Part shown: positions 26,149-35,512 of the stretch, one piece after another | How the letters are laid out: every line of letters starts with the position of its first letter | Numbering within the stretch: the stretch's first letter is position 1 | Notes under the pieces: model-generated | The model's input: the letters and a program-made list of their open reading frames with translations, nothing else | Database searches by the model: none | What the model was told of the DNA's origin: nothing | Translations under genes and position numbers: made by a program | From: Candidatus Thiodiazotropha sp. (ex Epidulcina cf. delphinae) | Lineage (GTDB): Bacteria; Pseudomonadota; Gammaproteobacteria; Chromatiales; Chromatiaceae | Reading direction: 5' to 3' | Assembly: GCA_025656455.1 (NCBI GenBank) | Contig: JAHXHS010000004.1 | Coordinates: 14,377-78,376 of the forward strand | DNA length: 64,000 nt

Positions 26149-27621
26149 ATGCAGGCTAACGCTTCGATTCGCAGACGGCTTCTGATCAGTTTGATTTCGA
26201 CCATTGTCATACTGTGGCTGATAGCCGTGTTCTTTGTCTATCGCGCCGCCTATCACGAGGTCGAGGAGATATACGACGCTACCCTGGCGCAACAATCCCG
26301 TATCCTCGCCACCCTGATGTCTCACGAAATCGATGAGGACAGGGAGGTGAAAGAAAACCTGCAGCAACTCATCGCTGAATTAGGCGGGGATGTGGCAGGA
26401 AAGTCCCCATTGCTGAGGCATTTGCTTGATGAGTATATGGCCGACGAGAGTGAAAAGGACTATCTGACGCTGGTTCCCCGGGATCGTATCACCGGCCATC
26501 GCTATGAGGCGAAGATCGCCTTTCTGATCAAGGGAATCAGCGGCAAGACCTATCTGCGATCCAATCTTCCGACCTCATTCAATGAATTTACCGCGGGATA
26601 CCACAACATCGTGGTGGATGGCAGGGAGTGGCGTATGTTCGGCCTTACGGAGCCTGGGGAAAGGTTCTTCGTCCTGGTCGGTGAACTGATGTCGGTGCGT
26701 CAGGAGACGGTCACCGAGATTGTGTTCAGCAGCTTGTGGCCGATTCTCGTCCTATTGCCGATGATGGGATTGATCATCTGGGTCATGGTGGGAGGCGGTC
26801 TCAAGCCGCTCAAGCAGATTGCCAGCAATGTCGAAGGCAGGGATCCCAACTCATTGGTGCCTATCTCATCGCAAGGCGTGCCTCTCGAAGTGGTGCCGAT
26901 GGTGGAGTCCCTGAATCGTCTGTTCGGCCGGGTGCAGAGCGCCTTGGAAAATGAACGGCGCTTTACCGCCGATGCCGCCCATGAATTGAGAACTCCGCTG
27001 GCTGCGCTCAAGACATTGGCCCAGGCAAAATTGCTGGTCGATGAGAGCAACGGGCATCGCAGTTTCCTGGATCAGATCATTCATGGCGTTGATCGCACCA
27101 CCCATTTGCTGGAGCAGTTATTGACGCTGGCGCGCATGGACAGCCATTCGATCGACAGATCCCAGTCACAAAAAGTCGATCTCCACGCTGAGACCATCAA
27201 TATCCTCTCATCCATCGGGGCAATGGCGCTTGAAAAGGATATCGACCTTTCCTATGAAGGTGCGGCGCAATCCGTTGTGGTGTCGGGCTATGCCCCAGGT
27301 GTGCAGATACTGCTGAGAAATCTCATCGACAATGCGATTCGCTATACGCCTGCCAAAGGGCAGGTCAGCGTGAGTCTGGAAGAGATCGCGGGTGGCGTGC
27401 GATTTGAGGTGGTGGATTCTGGCCCGGGTATTCCCGAGCAGCAGCAGCAGGGCTTTTATCAGCGTTTTCGACGTGGCGAGGGCACTAATACCGAAGGGAG
27501 CGGCCTGGGCTTGTCCATCGTTAAACGCATCGTGGACCTGCATCACGCCTCCATCGAAATGCGCAACCGCACGGATCAGAGTGGATTGCTGGTGTCGGTA
27601 GCCTTCCCAGACGCGGGATAG
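26149..27621 (+). CDS. sensor histidine kinase (QseC/PmrB-like)
   Basis: Two TM helices flank a periplasmic domain. H-box FTADAAHELRTPL. N/G boxes NLIDNAIRYT, DSGPGIP, GSGLGLSIV. Confidence 0.9.
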   Translation: MQANASIRRRLLISLISTIVILWLIAVFFVYRAAYHEVEEIYDATLAQQSRILATLMSHEIDEDREVKENLQQLIAELGGDVAGKSPLLRHLLDEYMADESEKDYLTLVPRDRITGHRYEAKIAFLIKGISGKTYLRSNLPTSFNEFTAGYHNIVVDGREWRMFGLTEPGERFFVLVGELMSVRQETVTEIVFSSLWPILVLLPMMGLIIWVMVGGGLKPLKQIASNVEGRDPNSLVPISSQGVPLEVVPMVESLNRLFGRVQSALENERRFTADAAHELRTPLAALKTLAQAKLLVDESNGHRSFLDQIIHGVDRTTHLLEQLLTLARMDSHSIDRSQSQKVDLHAETINILSSIGAMALEKDIDLSYEGAAQSVVVSGYAPGVQILLRNLIDNAIRYTPAKGQVSVSLEEIAGGVRFEVVDSGPGIPEQQQQGFYQRFRRGEGTNTEGSGLGLSIVKRIVDLHHASIEMRNRTDQSGLLVSVAFPDAG

Positions 27622-27651
27622 GTGATATAGAGCCTTTTCCCTTCGCCGGTG

Positions 27652-28350
27652 TTATTTACAGTGCTTTTTCACCGCTGCAAGCAGCCGTTCCAGGTAACTC
27701 ATGCGCTTGAGGGATAGGTTGACCTTTTCCTTCAGTTCCAGATCCTCATCACACCCATCGAGAAGATGGAAGATGTCTTCAAAAAAGAATACAAAGAAAC
27801 TGTCGAGGAAATAGATCTCCCGGTTGGTATCCATGATCAGATTGTCGATGCCGAACAGATCGATCACTTTCGGATTGTCTGAATTTCGCCAGGCGTGAGC
27901 GGCGCCGACGAACCGGGCCAACTGTATACGCGCCTTGGGATAGGCGCATAACAACTTCATGGCCTCTTCTTCGTTCTGCTGATTGGCGATGTTGAACCAG
28001 ATATTCACCGCCTGGGCCAACACGATGACATTCGGTTTGTCGTTGATCTTGGTTACCACGAACAGCGCATCGGGTATGATTTCGTCGAGGGTTTCCTTGA
28101 GTTGGCGGTAGTGGCGGGCCAACAGTCTGGCCTCGGTCTGGGAATAGTCGGCGAAAGGCCATTTGATGACGAATTCCGTATAGATTCCTTCTCGTTTGTC
28201 GTTCGCCGTGACCTCGTGACGTTTACTGCTTCGCCACACTTCACAGTGGCTGCCGATGGTGGAGACGAGGGTCGCCCTCAGCCGTTTCCGGTCGAGACAG
28301 GCGATGTCTACGAATAGCTGATCGGTTTCGTTCCCGCTTTCACTCTGCAT
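27652..28350 (-). CDS. hypothetical protein with protein-kinase-like motif pattern
   Basis: 232 aa with no recognisable family. The ordered motifs FVIKWPF, IDLFGIDNLIMD and IYFLDSF resemble the Lys / catalytic-loop D..N / DFG-like layout. Confidence 0.55.
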   Translation of the reverse strand: MQSESGNETDQLFVDIACLDRKRLRATLVSTIGSHCEVWRSSKRHEVTANDKREGIYTEFVIKWPFADYSQTEARLLARHYRQLKETLDEIIPDALFVVTKINDKPNVIVLAQAVNIWFNIANQQNEEEAMKLLCAYPKARIQLARFVGAAHAWRNSDNPKVIDLFGIDNLIMDTNREIYFLDSFFVFFFEDIFHLLDGCDEDLELKEKVNLSLKRMSYLERLLAAVKKHCK

Positions 28351-28600
28351 CTCCGGAACACCATCTAAACTGGGGTTGATACTAGCTTGTGTGAGTGCCG
28401 GGATAAATGCAACCTGAATCCGCGTTTGTCAGGGTAGGGCTCCTTAACCGACAAATCGGCATTACACCTCTTACATAAAGTCGTTACGAAACTATACTTC
28501 AAGATGGCGTTTTATCCTGGTTTTCGCTGCTCGTCATACCTTGCGACTTTTTCGGGTCCGGACGATGAGATGGCGGATGGGGTTTTTAAGGAGACTCGGT

Positions 28601-29653
28601 ATGACCAATATTGTATCCCTGCTTGGTGAGGAGGCGGAGGGCCTGCTTACCCATACTTGCAAGACGATAGACAAAGGGATGATTCATCTCCCAGGGCGCG
28701 ATTATGTCGATAGGGTTTTAGCCCACAAAGACCTTAAGCCCGGCGTGCTGCGAGCGATGCAGACACTCTTCGATACAGGACGCCTTGGCGGTAGCGGTTA
28801 TCTCTCGATTCTGCCGGTCGATCAAGGGGTGGAACATTCGGGTGGTGCATCCTTCGCCCCGAACCCAATCTATTTCGATCCGGCCATGATCGTCGAACTG
28901 GCAATCGAAGGGGGATGTAACGCTGTTGCCTCCACACTGGGTGCGCTGGGCTCGGTCTCCCGCCGGTATGCCCATAAGATCCCTTTCCTGGTCAAGATCA
29001 ACCACAACGAAATACTCAGCTATCCCAACTTTTACGACCAGACCCTGTTTGCCTCGGTAGACCAGGCGTTCGACATGGGGGCGGTCGCGGTGGGCGCTAC
29101 CATCTATTTCGGGTCCGCGGAGTCCAGGCGCCAGATCCAGGAGATATCAGAGGCCTTCATGCATGCCCACGAGCTGGGCATGGTCACGGTGCTGTGGGCC
29201 TACTTACGCAATGCCTCTTTCAAGGTCGATGGTGTCGACTATCACGCGGCGGCGGACTTGACCGGCCAGGCCAACCATCTGGCGGCAACCATCGAAGCCG
29301 ATATCGTCAAGCAGAAGCAGGCCGTGGGCAACGGCGGCTACATGGCAATCAAGTTCGGCAAGACGGATCAAAAGGTCTATACGGATCTCACAACCGACCA
29401 CCCGATCGATCTGGTGCGATATCAGGTGGCCAACTGTTTCATGGGGCGCGCGGGCCTGATCAACTCGGGGGGCGCTTCATCGGGTGAGGGTGACCTGGAG
29501 CAAGCGGTGCGTACCGCTGTCATCAACAAACGGGCCGGCGGCATGGGGATGATATCCGGTCGCAAGGCATTCCAGCGGCCGATGGCGGAGGGCGTCGAAT
29601 TGTTGCACGCCATCCAAGAGGTCTATCTGAGCGACCAAGTCACTATCGCCTGA
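28601..29653 (+). CDS. fbaB: class I fructose-bisphosphate aldolase (FbaB/DhnA family)
   Basis: [18 protein letters not shown]...[11 protein letters not shown]...[24 protein letters not shown]...[17 protein letters not shown] is colinear with E. coli FbaB. SD AAGGAG lies before ATG 28601. Confidence 0.9.
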   Translation: MTNIVSLLGEEAEGLLTHTCKTIDKGMIHLPGRDYVDRVLAHKDLKPGVLRAMQTLFDTGRLGGSGYLSILPVDQGVEHSGGASFAPNPIYFDPAMIVELAIEGGCNAVASTLGALGSVSRRYAHKIPFLVKINHNEILSYPNFYDQTLFASVDQAFDMGAVAVGATIYFGSAESRRQIQEISEAFMHAHELGMVTVLWAYLRNASFKVDGVDYHAAADLTGQANHLAATIEADIVKQKQAVGNGGYMAIKFGKTDQKVYTDLTTDHPIDLVRYQVANCFMGRAGLINSGGASSGEGDLEQAVRTAVINKRAGGMGMISGRKAFQRPMAEGVELLHAIQEVYLSDQVTIA

Positions 29654-29770
29654 TCCGCAGTAAACAGTAGGTAAACCAACCCTAAATGATCCGAGTTATT
29701 TTCGGAGGCGTCCGGTATTGCTGGTTTTGCTATAGTTGAGCTATATGAGAACCGAGCATCGGGGCGAAAT

Positions 29771-30175
29771 ATGTGGGTGTTTATCAAGGGGATTCCCAGC
29801 GAATACAAGGCTAGAGATCTACTTAAGCTGGTCAACCGACATTTCAGGCCGGCCTGGTTTGTATTGCCTGTCAATGGCGTCCGGATAGCACACAGTAAGA
29901 TTCTCGAGATCCTGCAGACCGGATCCGAATCGCGGGAGTACCATGGTTTGGTCTATATCAAACCCCCGAATATGCTCCATTCCGTGATCGGCTGGTTGAA
30001 TGCAACCAGCGTCAAGGGGAGACGTCTGCGCGTGCATCCCTATGTCCAGCGCTATACGGGACGGGATCGTCGTCGGCAACAGTTGGATAAGACGATCGTT
30101 TTTCCCGGAGAGCGTCGCAGAAGGGACCGTCGGCGGAAGAATTTGGTGAGTCAGATCGTCGATAGCAGCAGTTGA
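29771..30175 (+). CDS. hypothetical RRM-like protein with arginine-rich tail
   Basis: VFIKGIP (RNP2-like), YHGLVYI (RNP1-like) and VKGRRLRV. The C-terminus is RDRRRQQ...ERRRRDRRRKN. Confidence 0.55.
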   Translation: MWVFIKGIPSEYKARDLLKLVNRHFRPAWFVLPVNGVRIAHSKILEILQTGSESREYHGLVYIKPPNMLHSVIGWLNATSVKGRRLRVHPYVQRYTGRDRRRQQLDKTIVFPGERRRRDRRRKNLVSQIVDSSS

Positions 30176-30426
30176 CCGGTGACGGCTGTCTCATGGGCCC
30201 TGGATGGGATAAAGAGTTTACAATTTTTTTAAAATCATGGCTTTTGGCCAGTTCCAGTGTAGTGTTTCATAACTAACTCGGTGATATCAGAAGCACGCCA
30301 GAGCCTCAAGTCGCGCTCTTGGGAAGCAACGCGAGTCGTTACTGGCAATGGCAAGTCCTTGTCGCGCGTACAACAGACTCGAAAAGAGAATTCAATCCTG
30401 CAACCTGCCTAAAGGGGGGGAAATCC

Positions 30427-30831
30427 ATGACCAAGCTTGTTGAGATCGAAGGTATCGGCCAAACTTATGCAACGAAATTGCAGTCGGCAGACATCGCCAC
30501 CCTGGAAAAATTGTTGGATAGAGGGAGTACGAAAAAGGGTCGTAAAGAGATTGAGGAGACCACAGGCATCAGCAGTAAATTGGTCCTCAGGTGGATCAAC
30601 ATGGCGGATCTGTTTCGCATCAAGGGTATCGGCGAGCAATACTCGGACCTTCTGGAGGCCGCAGGCGTCGATACCGTGCCTGAGTTGGCGCAGAGGAAGG
30701 CGGAAAATCTGCATAAGAAAATGGCTGAGGTCAATGAGGCGAAAAAATTGGTGCGTGCGGCTCCCAGCCTTTCCGCTGTCGTGAAATGGGTGGATGAAGC
30801 CAAACAGCTGCCCCGGATTGTCACATATTAG
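30427..30831 (+). CDS. DUF4332 (helix-hairpin-helix) domain protein
   Basis: MTKLVEIEGIGQTYATKLQSADI... and IKGIGEQYSDLLEAAGVDTVPELA form two HhH-like units. ATG 30427 follows GGGGGGAAATCC. Confidence 0.7.
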   Translation: MTKLVEIEGIGQTYATKLQSADIATLEKLLDRGSTKKGRKEIEETTGISSKLVLRWINMADLFRIKGIGEQYSDLLEAAGVDTVPELAQRKAENLHKKMAEVNEAKKLVRAAPSLSAVVKWVDEAKQLPRIVTY

Positions 30832-30839
30832 TGTTAGTA

Positions 30840-30872
30840 TTAACCCGGCACCCTAATAGGGTGCCGGGTTAA
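30840..30872 (+). repeat. conserved hairpin element, family E, copy 3
   Basis: TTAACCCGGCACCC-TAATA-GGGTGCCGGGTTAA, 9 nt after the stop of the DUF4332 gene. Confidence 0.75.
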
Positions 30873-30958
30873 TAATAGGTGCTGCGCCGCTCGTGTGGAG
30901 TTGGGTCGACACAATCCGTTAAAATGGTCATAGCACAATCATGATTCAGGAGTTTGAC

Positions 30959-31216
30959 ATGCCGACCTATGACTATTTCTGTGATGCCAACGGCGAGAAG
31001 ATTGAAGTCTTCCATCCCATGAGCGAGACGGTTCGCAACTGGGGCGAGTTGTGTGAGCGGGTAAACAGACCGCTTGGCGATACGGCTGGGGATGAGCCGG
31101 TGCGGAAACTGATTTCCGCCACGGCGGTCATTGGCAGTGGGACGCTCTCAGACCCCGAGCCCGCCTGTCCCGCCGGTGGCTGTTGCCAGGGAGGTGGTTG
31201 CGGCCTTTACGACTAG
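30959..31216 (+). CDS. FmdB-family zinc-ribbon protein
   Basis: MPTYDYFCDANGE...VFHPMSE is the typical N-terminus of the CxxC_CxxC_SSSS family. The C-terminus is Cys/Gly-rich. SD CAGGAG is present. Confidence 0.75.
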   Translation: MPTYDYFCDANGEKIEVFHPMSETVRNWGELCERVNRPLGDTAGDEPVRKLISATAVIGSGTLSDPEPACPAGGCCQGGGCGLYD

Positions 31217-31222
31217 TCGGCG

Positions 31223-31906
31223 ATGGTCTATCTGTCGTTACTGGCATTGCTGCTGTTGCTCATACTGGGCCCGCAACTCTGGGTCCAGCGGGTGATGGCC
31301 CGATACAATCGATACCCGGAAGAGAATTTCCCCGGTAATGGCGGTGAGCTGGCAAGGCATCTCCTCGATCACTTCACGCTGCATCAGGTGGTGGTTGAGG
31401 CAACAGAGACCGGCGATCACTACGACTCGGTGGCTAAAACCGTCAGGCTATCTAAGGACAAGCTGGAGGGTAGAACGCTGACAGCCATTACGTTGGCCGC
31501 CCATGAAGTGGGGCACGCCTTGCAGGATGCCGGTGATGAACCGCTGTTTCGCTGGCGCACCCGGTTTGGAACGTTTGCCATGGGCGCCCAGCGGCTCGGC
31601 TCTTTTCTGCTGTTTGCGGCACCGATACTCTCCATCGCCTCGCGGGCGCCGTCTGTCGGCATGATAAGTCTATTGGCCGGGTTTCTGGTGATAGGCAGCA
31701 ATGTACTCTTGCAACTGGCCACCCTACCGGTGGAGTTGGACGCCAGTTTCAAAAAGGCCCTGCCCATTCTCCAAACCGGCTATCTGACACCGGAGCAGCA
31801 TACCGGGGCAAAAAGGATTTTGTGGGCGGCCGCATTGACCTACCTGTCCGCCTCGTTGGCGGGGCTGCTCAATTTCTGGCAGTGGATGCGTGTACTGAAA
31901 CGATAA
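31223..31906 (+). CDS. membrane zinc metallopeptidase (Zn_peptidase_2 family)
   Basis: 227 aa. It has HEVGHALQD (HExxH), an N-terminal TM helix and C-terminal TM helices. Confidence 0.8.
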   Translation: MVYLSLLALLLLLILGPQLWVQRVMARYNRYPEENFPGNGGELARHLLDHFTLHQVVVEATETGDHYDSVAKTVRLSKDKLEGRTLTAITLAAHEVGHALQDAGDEPLFRWRTRFGTFAMGAQRLGSFLLFAAPILSIASRAPSVGMISLLAGFLVIGSNVLLQLATLPVELDASFKKALPILQTGYLTPEQHTGAKRILWAAALTYLSASLAGLLNFWQWMRVLKR

Positions 31907-31911
31907 CAACG

Positions 31912-32067
31912 CTAGCCCGGATGTTTCACCCGGGAACGTGATGATCGTGCCGAGCTCGTTCAGCGTTGCCGGGTAACACTTTGTAGTTTGCTAATATTCT
32001 AGACATTACATGTTAAATCAATAAGTTAATTCACAATATCAGCGGCCGGGTGAAATATTCGGGCTAG
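31912..32067. mobile_element. possible small MITE-like element (family F, 156 bp)
   Basis: Imperfect ~22-bp terminal inverted repeats: CTAGCCCGGATGTTTCACCCGG at 31912 and CCGGGTGAAATATTCGGGCTAG ending at 32067. The core is AT-rich. This is the only copy in the window. Confidence 0.4.
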
Positions 32068-32086
32068 ATGGTTTTGGGGAGAGGAA

Positions 32087-32530
32087 ATGACCTGTCATTA
32101 CAAAGGATTTGGCTTATATCTTAAGATTTTTTCCATACTCGCGGCCCTGTTCTGTTCATTGGGTCTCAGGGCGGAAGAGATGGAGGAATCCCCTGTGCCG
32201 GACGCCTACGTGGCCCGGGCGATCTTCACCACCGACATCGTCGATAGAGAGCCTGTCGATCAGGTCGTCAGCCTTGACGAGCAGGCGACAAAGGTCATCT
32301 TCTTCACCGATCTGAGAAATCTCCAGGGTCGCACGGTCATTCACCGTTGGGAGTTTGAGGGCAAAGTCGTCAGCGAAGTTGAAATCGATGTGAAAGGGCC
32401 GCGTTGGCGGGCCTATTCCGTAAAAAGCCTGCATCCGGACAGGGTAGGGAAGTGGACGGTATTCGTGATCGATGAGTCCGGGTGGCCGCTGCATGCGAGC
32501 ATTTTTCAGCAGGGAGCGCCAGTGGAGTGA
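32087..32530 (+). CDS. DUF2914 domain protein (secreted/lipoprotein-like)
   Basis: Hydrophobic N-terminus. ...ARAIFTTDIVDREPVDQV...VIFFTDLRNLQGRTVIHRWEFEGKVV...GKWTVFVIDESGWPL is the typical DUF2914 pattern. Confidence 0.75.
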   Translation: MTCHYKGFGLYLKIFSILAALFCSLGLRAEEMEESPVPDAYVARAIFTTDIVDREPVDQVVSLDEQATKVIFFTDLRNLQGRTVIHRWEFEGKVVSEVEIDVKGPRWRAYSVKSLHPDRVGKWTVFVIDESGWPLHASIFQQGAPVE

Positions 32531-35005
32531 TCAGGGGGTTCCCTGTTGGTCGGCGGGAAATTCGAGAGGTGGGGATGTGTTGTCGCTCTGAGGTTCCGGA
32601 TTGTCTGCTGGCATTGTCACGGTGGGCAGGGTGGGTGTGAAGGCGCTACGCCTGTCTGCCTGAGACGGCATGCCATCGATCGTTATCGGGTTCGGCCTAG
32701 GGTCGATTGCCTGGGTGGCGACGGGTGACTGTTGCGCTTTGCGATTGAACTCTTCCTCGGCGATTTGGCGCAACAGCAGCTCCTTTGTCAGCCTGGTTTC
32801 GTCTGAGACGGGCAGATCCCTGGTCCTTGAGTTATGGTCTTGATTGACCGTTTTTGCGGGAGGCGCCGGCATGGCTGCGATCCCGTTCGTCGTTTGATTC
32901 ACAGGGGGAGGTCCGGCATGAGGCTTATCCGGTGACCTGCTTGGCATCGCTGGCTTGCTATCGGCCGGGAGCTGTTGGCTCGATGCTGTCATCTCAGGGT
33001 TGGGATCTACGCCGATCACCAGATAGAGATAGAGACCGCCAGCGAAGAGTATGACACAGAGGATGATGCTGGCGATGGTGAATGAGGAGAGATTGAAGCC
33101 GTTTTTGAACAGTAAAGGCTCAGGTTCAACGCGAAAAGGGGGAATCGAGCGACTCTCTGAAACCTGCTTTTTCGACTCGATCTGGTCCTTTTCAGGAAAC
33201 AGATGGACGCTTGGGGGGGTGCTCTGATCGGATCGGGCGGCACTGGGCATGGCGCTGAGGGAAAGATCGCTGTCCTGGGGATCGCCGACGATCTCCGGTT
33301 CAACCAGCGGTTGGGAAACGGCTTCCTGCCGATTGGCGGAGTCACTGTTTTCTTTCCTGTCTGGAATTTGTTGCGCCTGGGTATTTTGTGTTTCGGCCAG
33401 TTGTTGTTGCATTTGATCGAGCTGCATGCGAAGTAGCTTGATGTTGTCCCGCAGACTACCCACCAGTTGATCGGACTTACGGCTTGCCAGTTCTGCCTTT
33501 TCGGCGCGGTTGACGAGTTCGCTGATCTGGCTCTCCTGGCGCCGGTTCTCCTCCTCGACAAACTGCTGCGCCTGTCTCAGCGCCGCTGTACGCTCCTCCT
33601 CTTCGTTGATCAGGCGATGGTTCTCGTACTCAGCCGCTTCCGCTCGCTGCTGGAGGGTATCGTTTGCGGCCTGCAGCTCATTGAGTTTGAGCTGTAGATG
33701 TTGTTGCTGGCTCTCGACTTCGAAAAGCTGCCTTCTCAGATGCTCGGATTCAGCGGACTGTTTTCGCCAGCGCTCCACCTCTTCAATCAGTTGCTGGTTC
33801 TCGGAGGTCAGACGCTCGATCGCCTGCCTCTGCAACCCAAGGTCGTTCTGCTGTTCGTTATGATTTTCCAGGTCATTGCCATATCTGGCCTTGATTTGGG
33901 CCACATGCTCGGCGGCCAAGCGATGGATTTCGGTCGGACTGCGGCTGAGGGAGAGGCTGCTGTCCGAGGTAGGGCTGACGCTGAAATTGGTCGGGTTGCT
34001 CAACGCCGACATGTCCGATGAAGTCGTCACAGGGGTAAGATTTTCATTGCCCTTGTCGACAACCTTGTTGCCGCCGCTGTCCATTGCTGCCTTCAATCGT
34101 CCTTCAGCCAGGGAGAGCACATCACTCAGACGGATGCCGGGTTTGATGTCAGGTGCGGAGATGCCGATGCTGGCGCTGACAATCCGATTCGATTCACCCA
34201 GATAAAACTGTTTGGAGCTCAGATCCTCGAGGACTCTTCGACCGATATAGCGGGTGCCGATGGCATTGGAGGCTGGGCGTAACGCGGCATAAAGACCCGC
34301 GCCGAAATAGGCGAGGGTGTCGTCGGGATGGATGTGTTGCCGAATGATCTCTGTCAGGGTGAGCAGTATGTGCTCGATGGCCGGGTCGCTGTAATGGTTG
34401 GCTATTTCGGCGAACTGGTCGATCTTGATCAGTGTGATAGCGAGCTCATTCTTATTGCGGATGGCAAATGAGAGCTCCCGGCTGGCGCACTCCATGAAGT
34501 GGGCCTTATCGGCCACGTCGGTCAGGAATTCAGATTGACTTTCGATGACATGGGATGAGAGGGACGCTTCTTCCTGTCCTTCCGCTTGCTCTTGCGTTAG
34601 TGTGGCGATGAAGCCGGTGATCTTCGACGCATCAAAGGGTTTGTTGATAACGCCGGTCGCGCCAAGCTGTTGCAGCTCTTGAACGATGTCGAGGCTCTCT
34701 TCGTTCCCGGTTACGACAATAAATGGGAGATTGGCGAGATGCTCGCTCTCTGAGCCCCTGAGTTTGGCCAATAATCCCCTGCCATCCAGTCTGGGCATGG
34801 AAAGATCACTGAAAATCAGTGCGATAGCCGGATGTTCGCAGAGCAGTTCCCAGGCCTGTTGGCCATCCTCCGCCTCGATCAGCTGACAGCTATCGGCCAG
34901 GATGTTCTTCAGGGAAACCCGCACCACGTGAGAATCGTCCGCGATAAGCACGACTGGCTTTTCGCCGGTATGATGAGCAAAGCTGTTAAATGCTTGTTCC
35001 GCCAT
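32531..35005 (-). CDS. response-regulator receiver / degenerate GGDEF / long coiled-coil / TM / Pro-rich tail protein
   Basis: REC domain (VVLIADDSHVVR...FSDLSMPRLDG). The GGDEF-like fold has GAGLY at the signature position. About 230 aa are heptad-rich and Q/E/L-rich. One TM helix is present (FTIASIILCVILFAGGLYLYLVIGV). The C-terminus is P/T/S-rich. Confidence 0.85.
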   Translation of the reverse strand: MAEQAFNSFAHHTGEKPVVLIADDSHVVRVSLKNILADSCQLIEAEDGQQAWELLCEHPAIALIFSDLSMPRLDGRGLLAKLRGSESEHLANLPFIVVTGNEESLDIVQELQQLGATGVINKPFDASKITGFIATLTQEQAEGQEEASLSSHVIESQSEFLTDVADKAHFMECASRELSFAIRNKNELAITLIKIDQFAEIANHYSDPAIEHILLTLTEIIRQHIHPDDTLAYFGAGLYAALRPASNAIGTRYIGRRVLEDLSSKQFYLGESNRIVSASIGISAPDIKPGIRLSDVLSLAEGRLKAAMDSGGNKVVDKGNENLTPVTTSSDMSALSNPTNFSVSPTSDSSLSLSRSPTEIHRLAAEHVAQIKARYGNDLENHNEQQNDLGLQRQAIERLTSENQQLIEEVERWRKQSAESEHLRRQLFEVESQQQHLQLKLNELQAANDTLQQRAEAAEYENHRLINEEEERTAALRQAQQFVEEENRRQESQISELVNRAEKAELASRKSDQLVGSLRDNIKLLRMQLDQMQQQLAETQNTQAQQIPDRKENSDSANRQEAVSQPLVEPEIVGDPQDSDLSLSAMPSAARSDQSTPPSVHLFPEKDQIESKKQVSESRSIPPFRVEPEPLLFKNGFNLSSFTIASIILCVILFAGGLYLYLVIGVDPNPEMTASSQQLPADSKPAMPSRSPDKPHAGPPPVNQTTNGIAAMPAPPAKTVNQDHNSRTRDLPVSDETRLTKELLLRQIAEEEFNRKAQQSPVATQAIDPRPNPITIDGMPSQADRRSAFTPTLPTVTMPADNPEPQSDNTSPPLEFPADQQGTP

Positions 35006-35512
35006 TCCGTCTGATTCTTGATTGCTTGAGCATGGGTAAATCGGGTCTACCTTTAGCTTCGACTGATTAGAGGAAATCTTGAGCCGGTATTTATTAATGC
35101 AGTTTACTAAAAATAATAGGTAACATGCTGTTTATAAAGATTAATATTCTTTATCCTAAGAAGATATGGAATGGAAATTGTGAGAGATGCATCACTAATC
35201 ATTCGCTGCTCGGCCGATTTCCGCAGAGTTAGGAAAAGTTTCGCTCATCAGCTGCATTTCGATATGGGGCGTCCACTACGGACGCAGAGCGGTAATAGGA
35301 CACTACACTTAGGTATTAAGATTGCACCTTTGAGTCTCGGTTTGCATCATGAAACGTCGATTCATCGGAGGATTCTGCAACGGAATCGACAAATGTGATC
35401 CTTGACGCAAACTTTTCACTCAATTAGCTTGGGCGGAAAATTTGTACTGGAGTTTTTGTGACAACCTGCCGCTAAAGCGATGTAGAGCACTTCAGAGTAG
35501 TCAAAGGGATAA

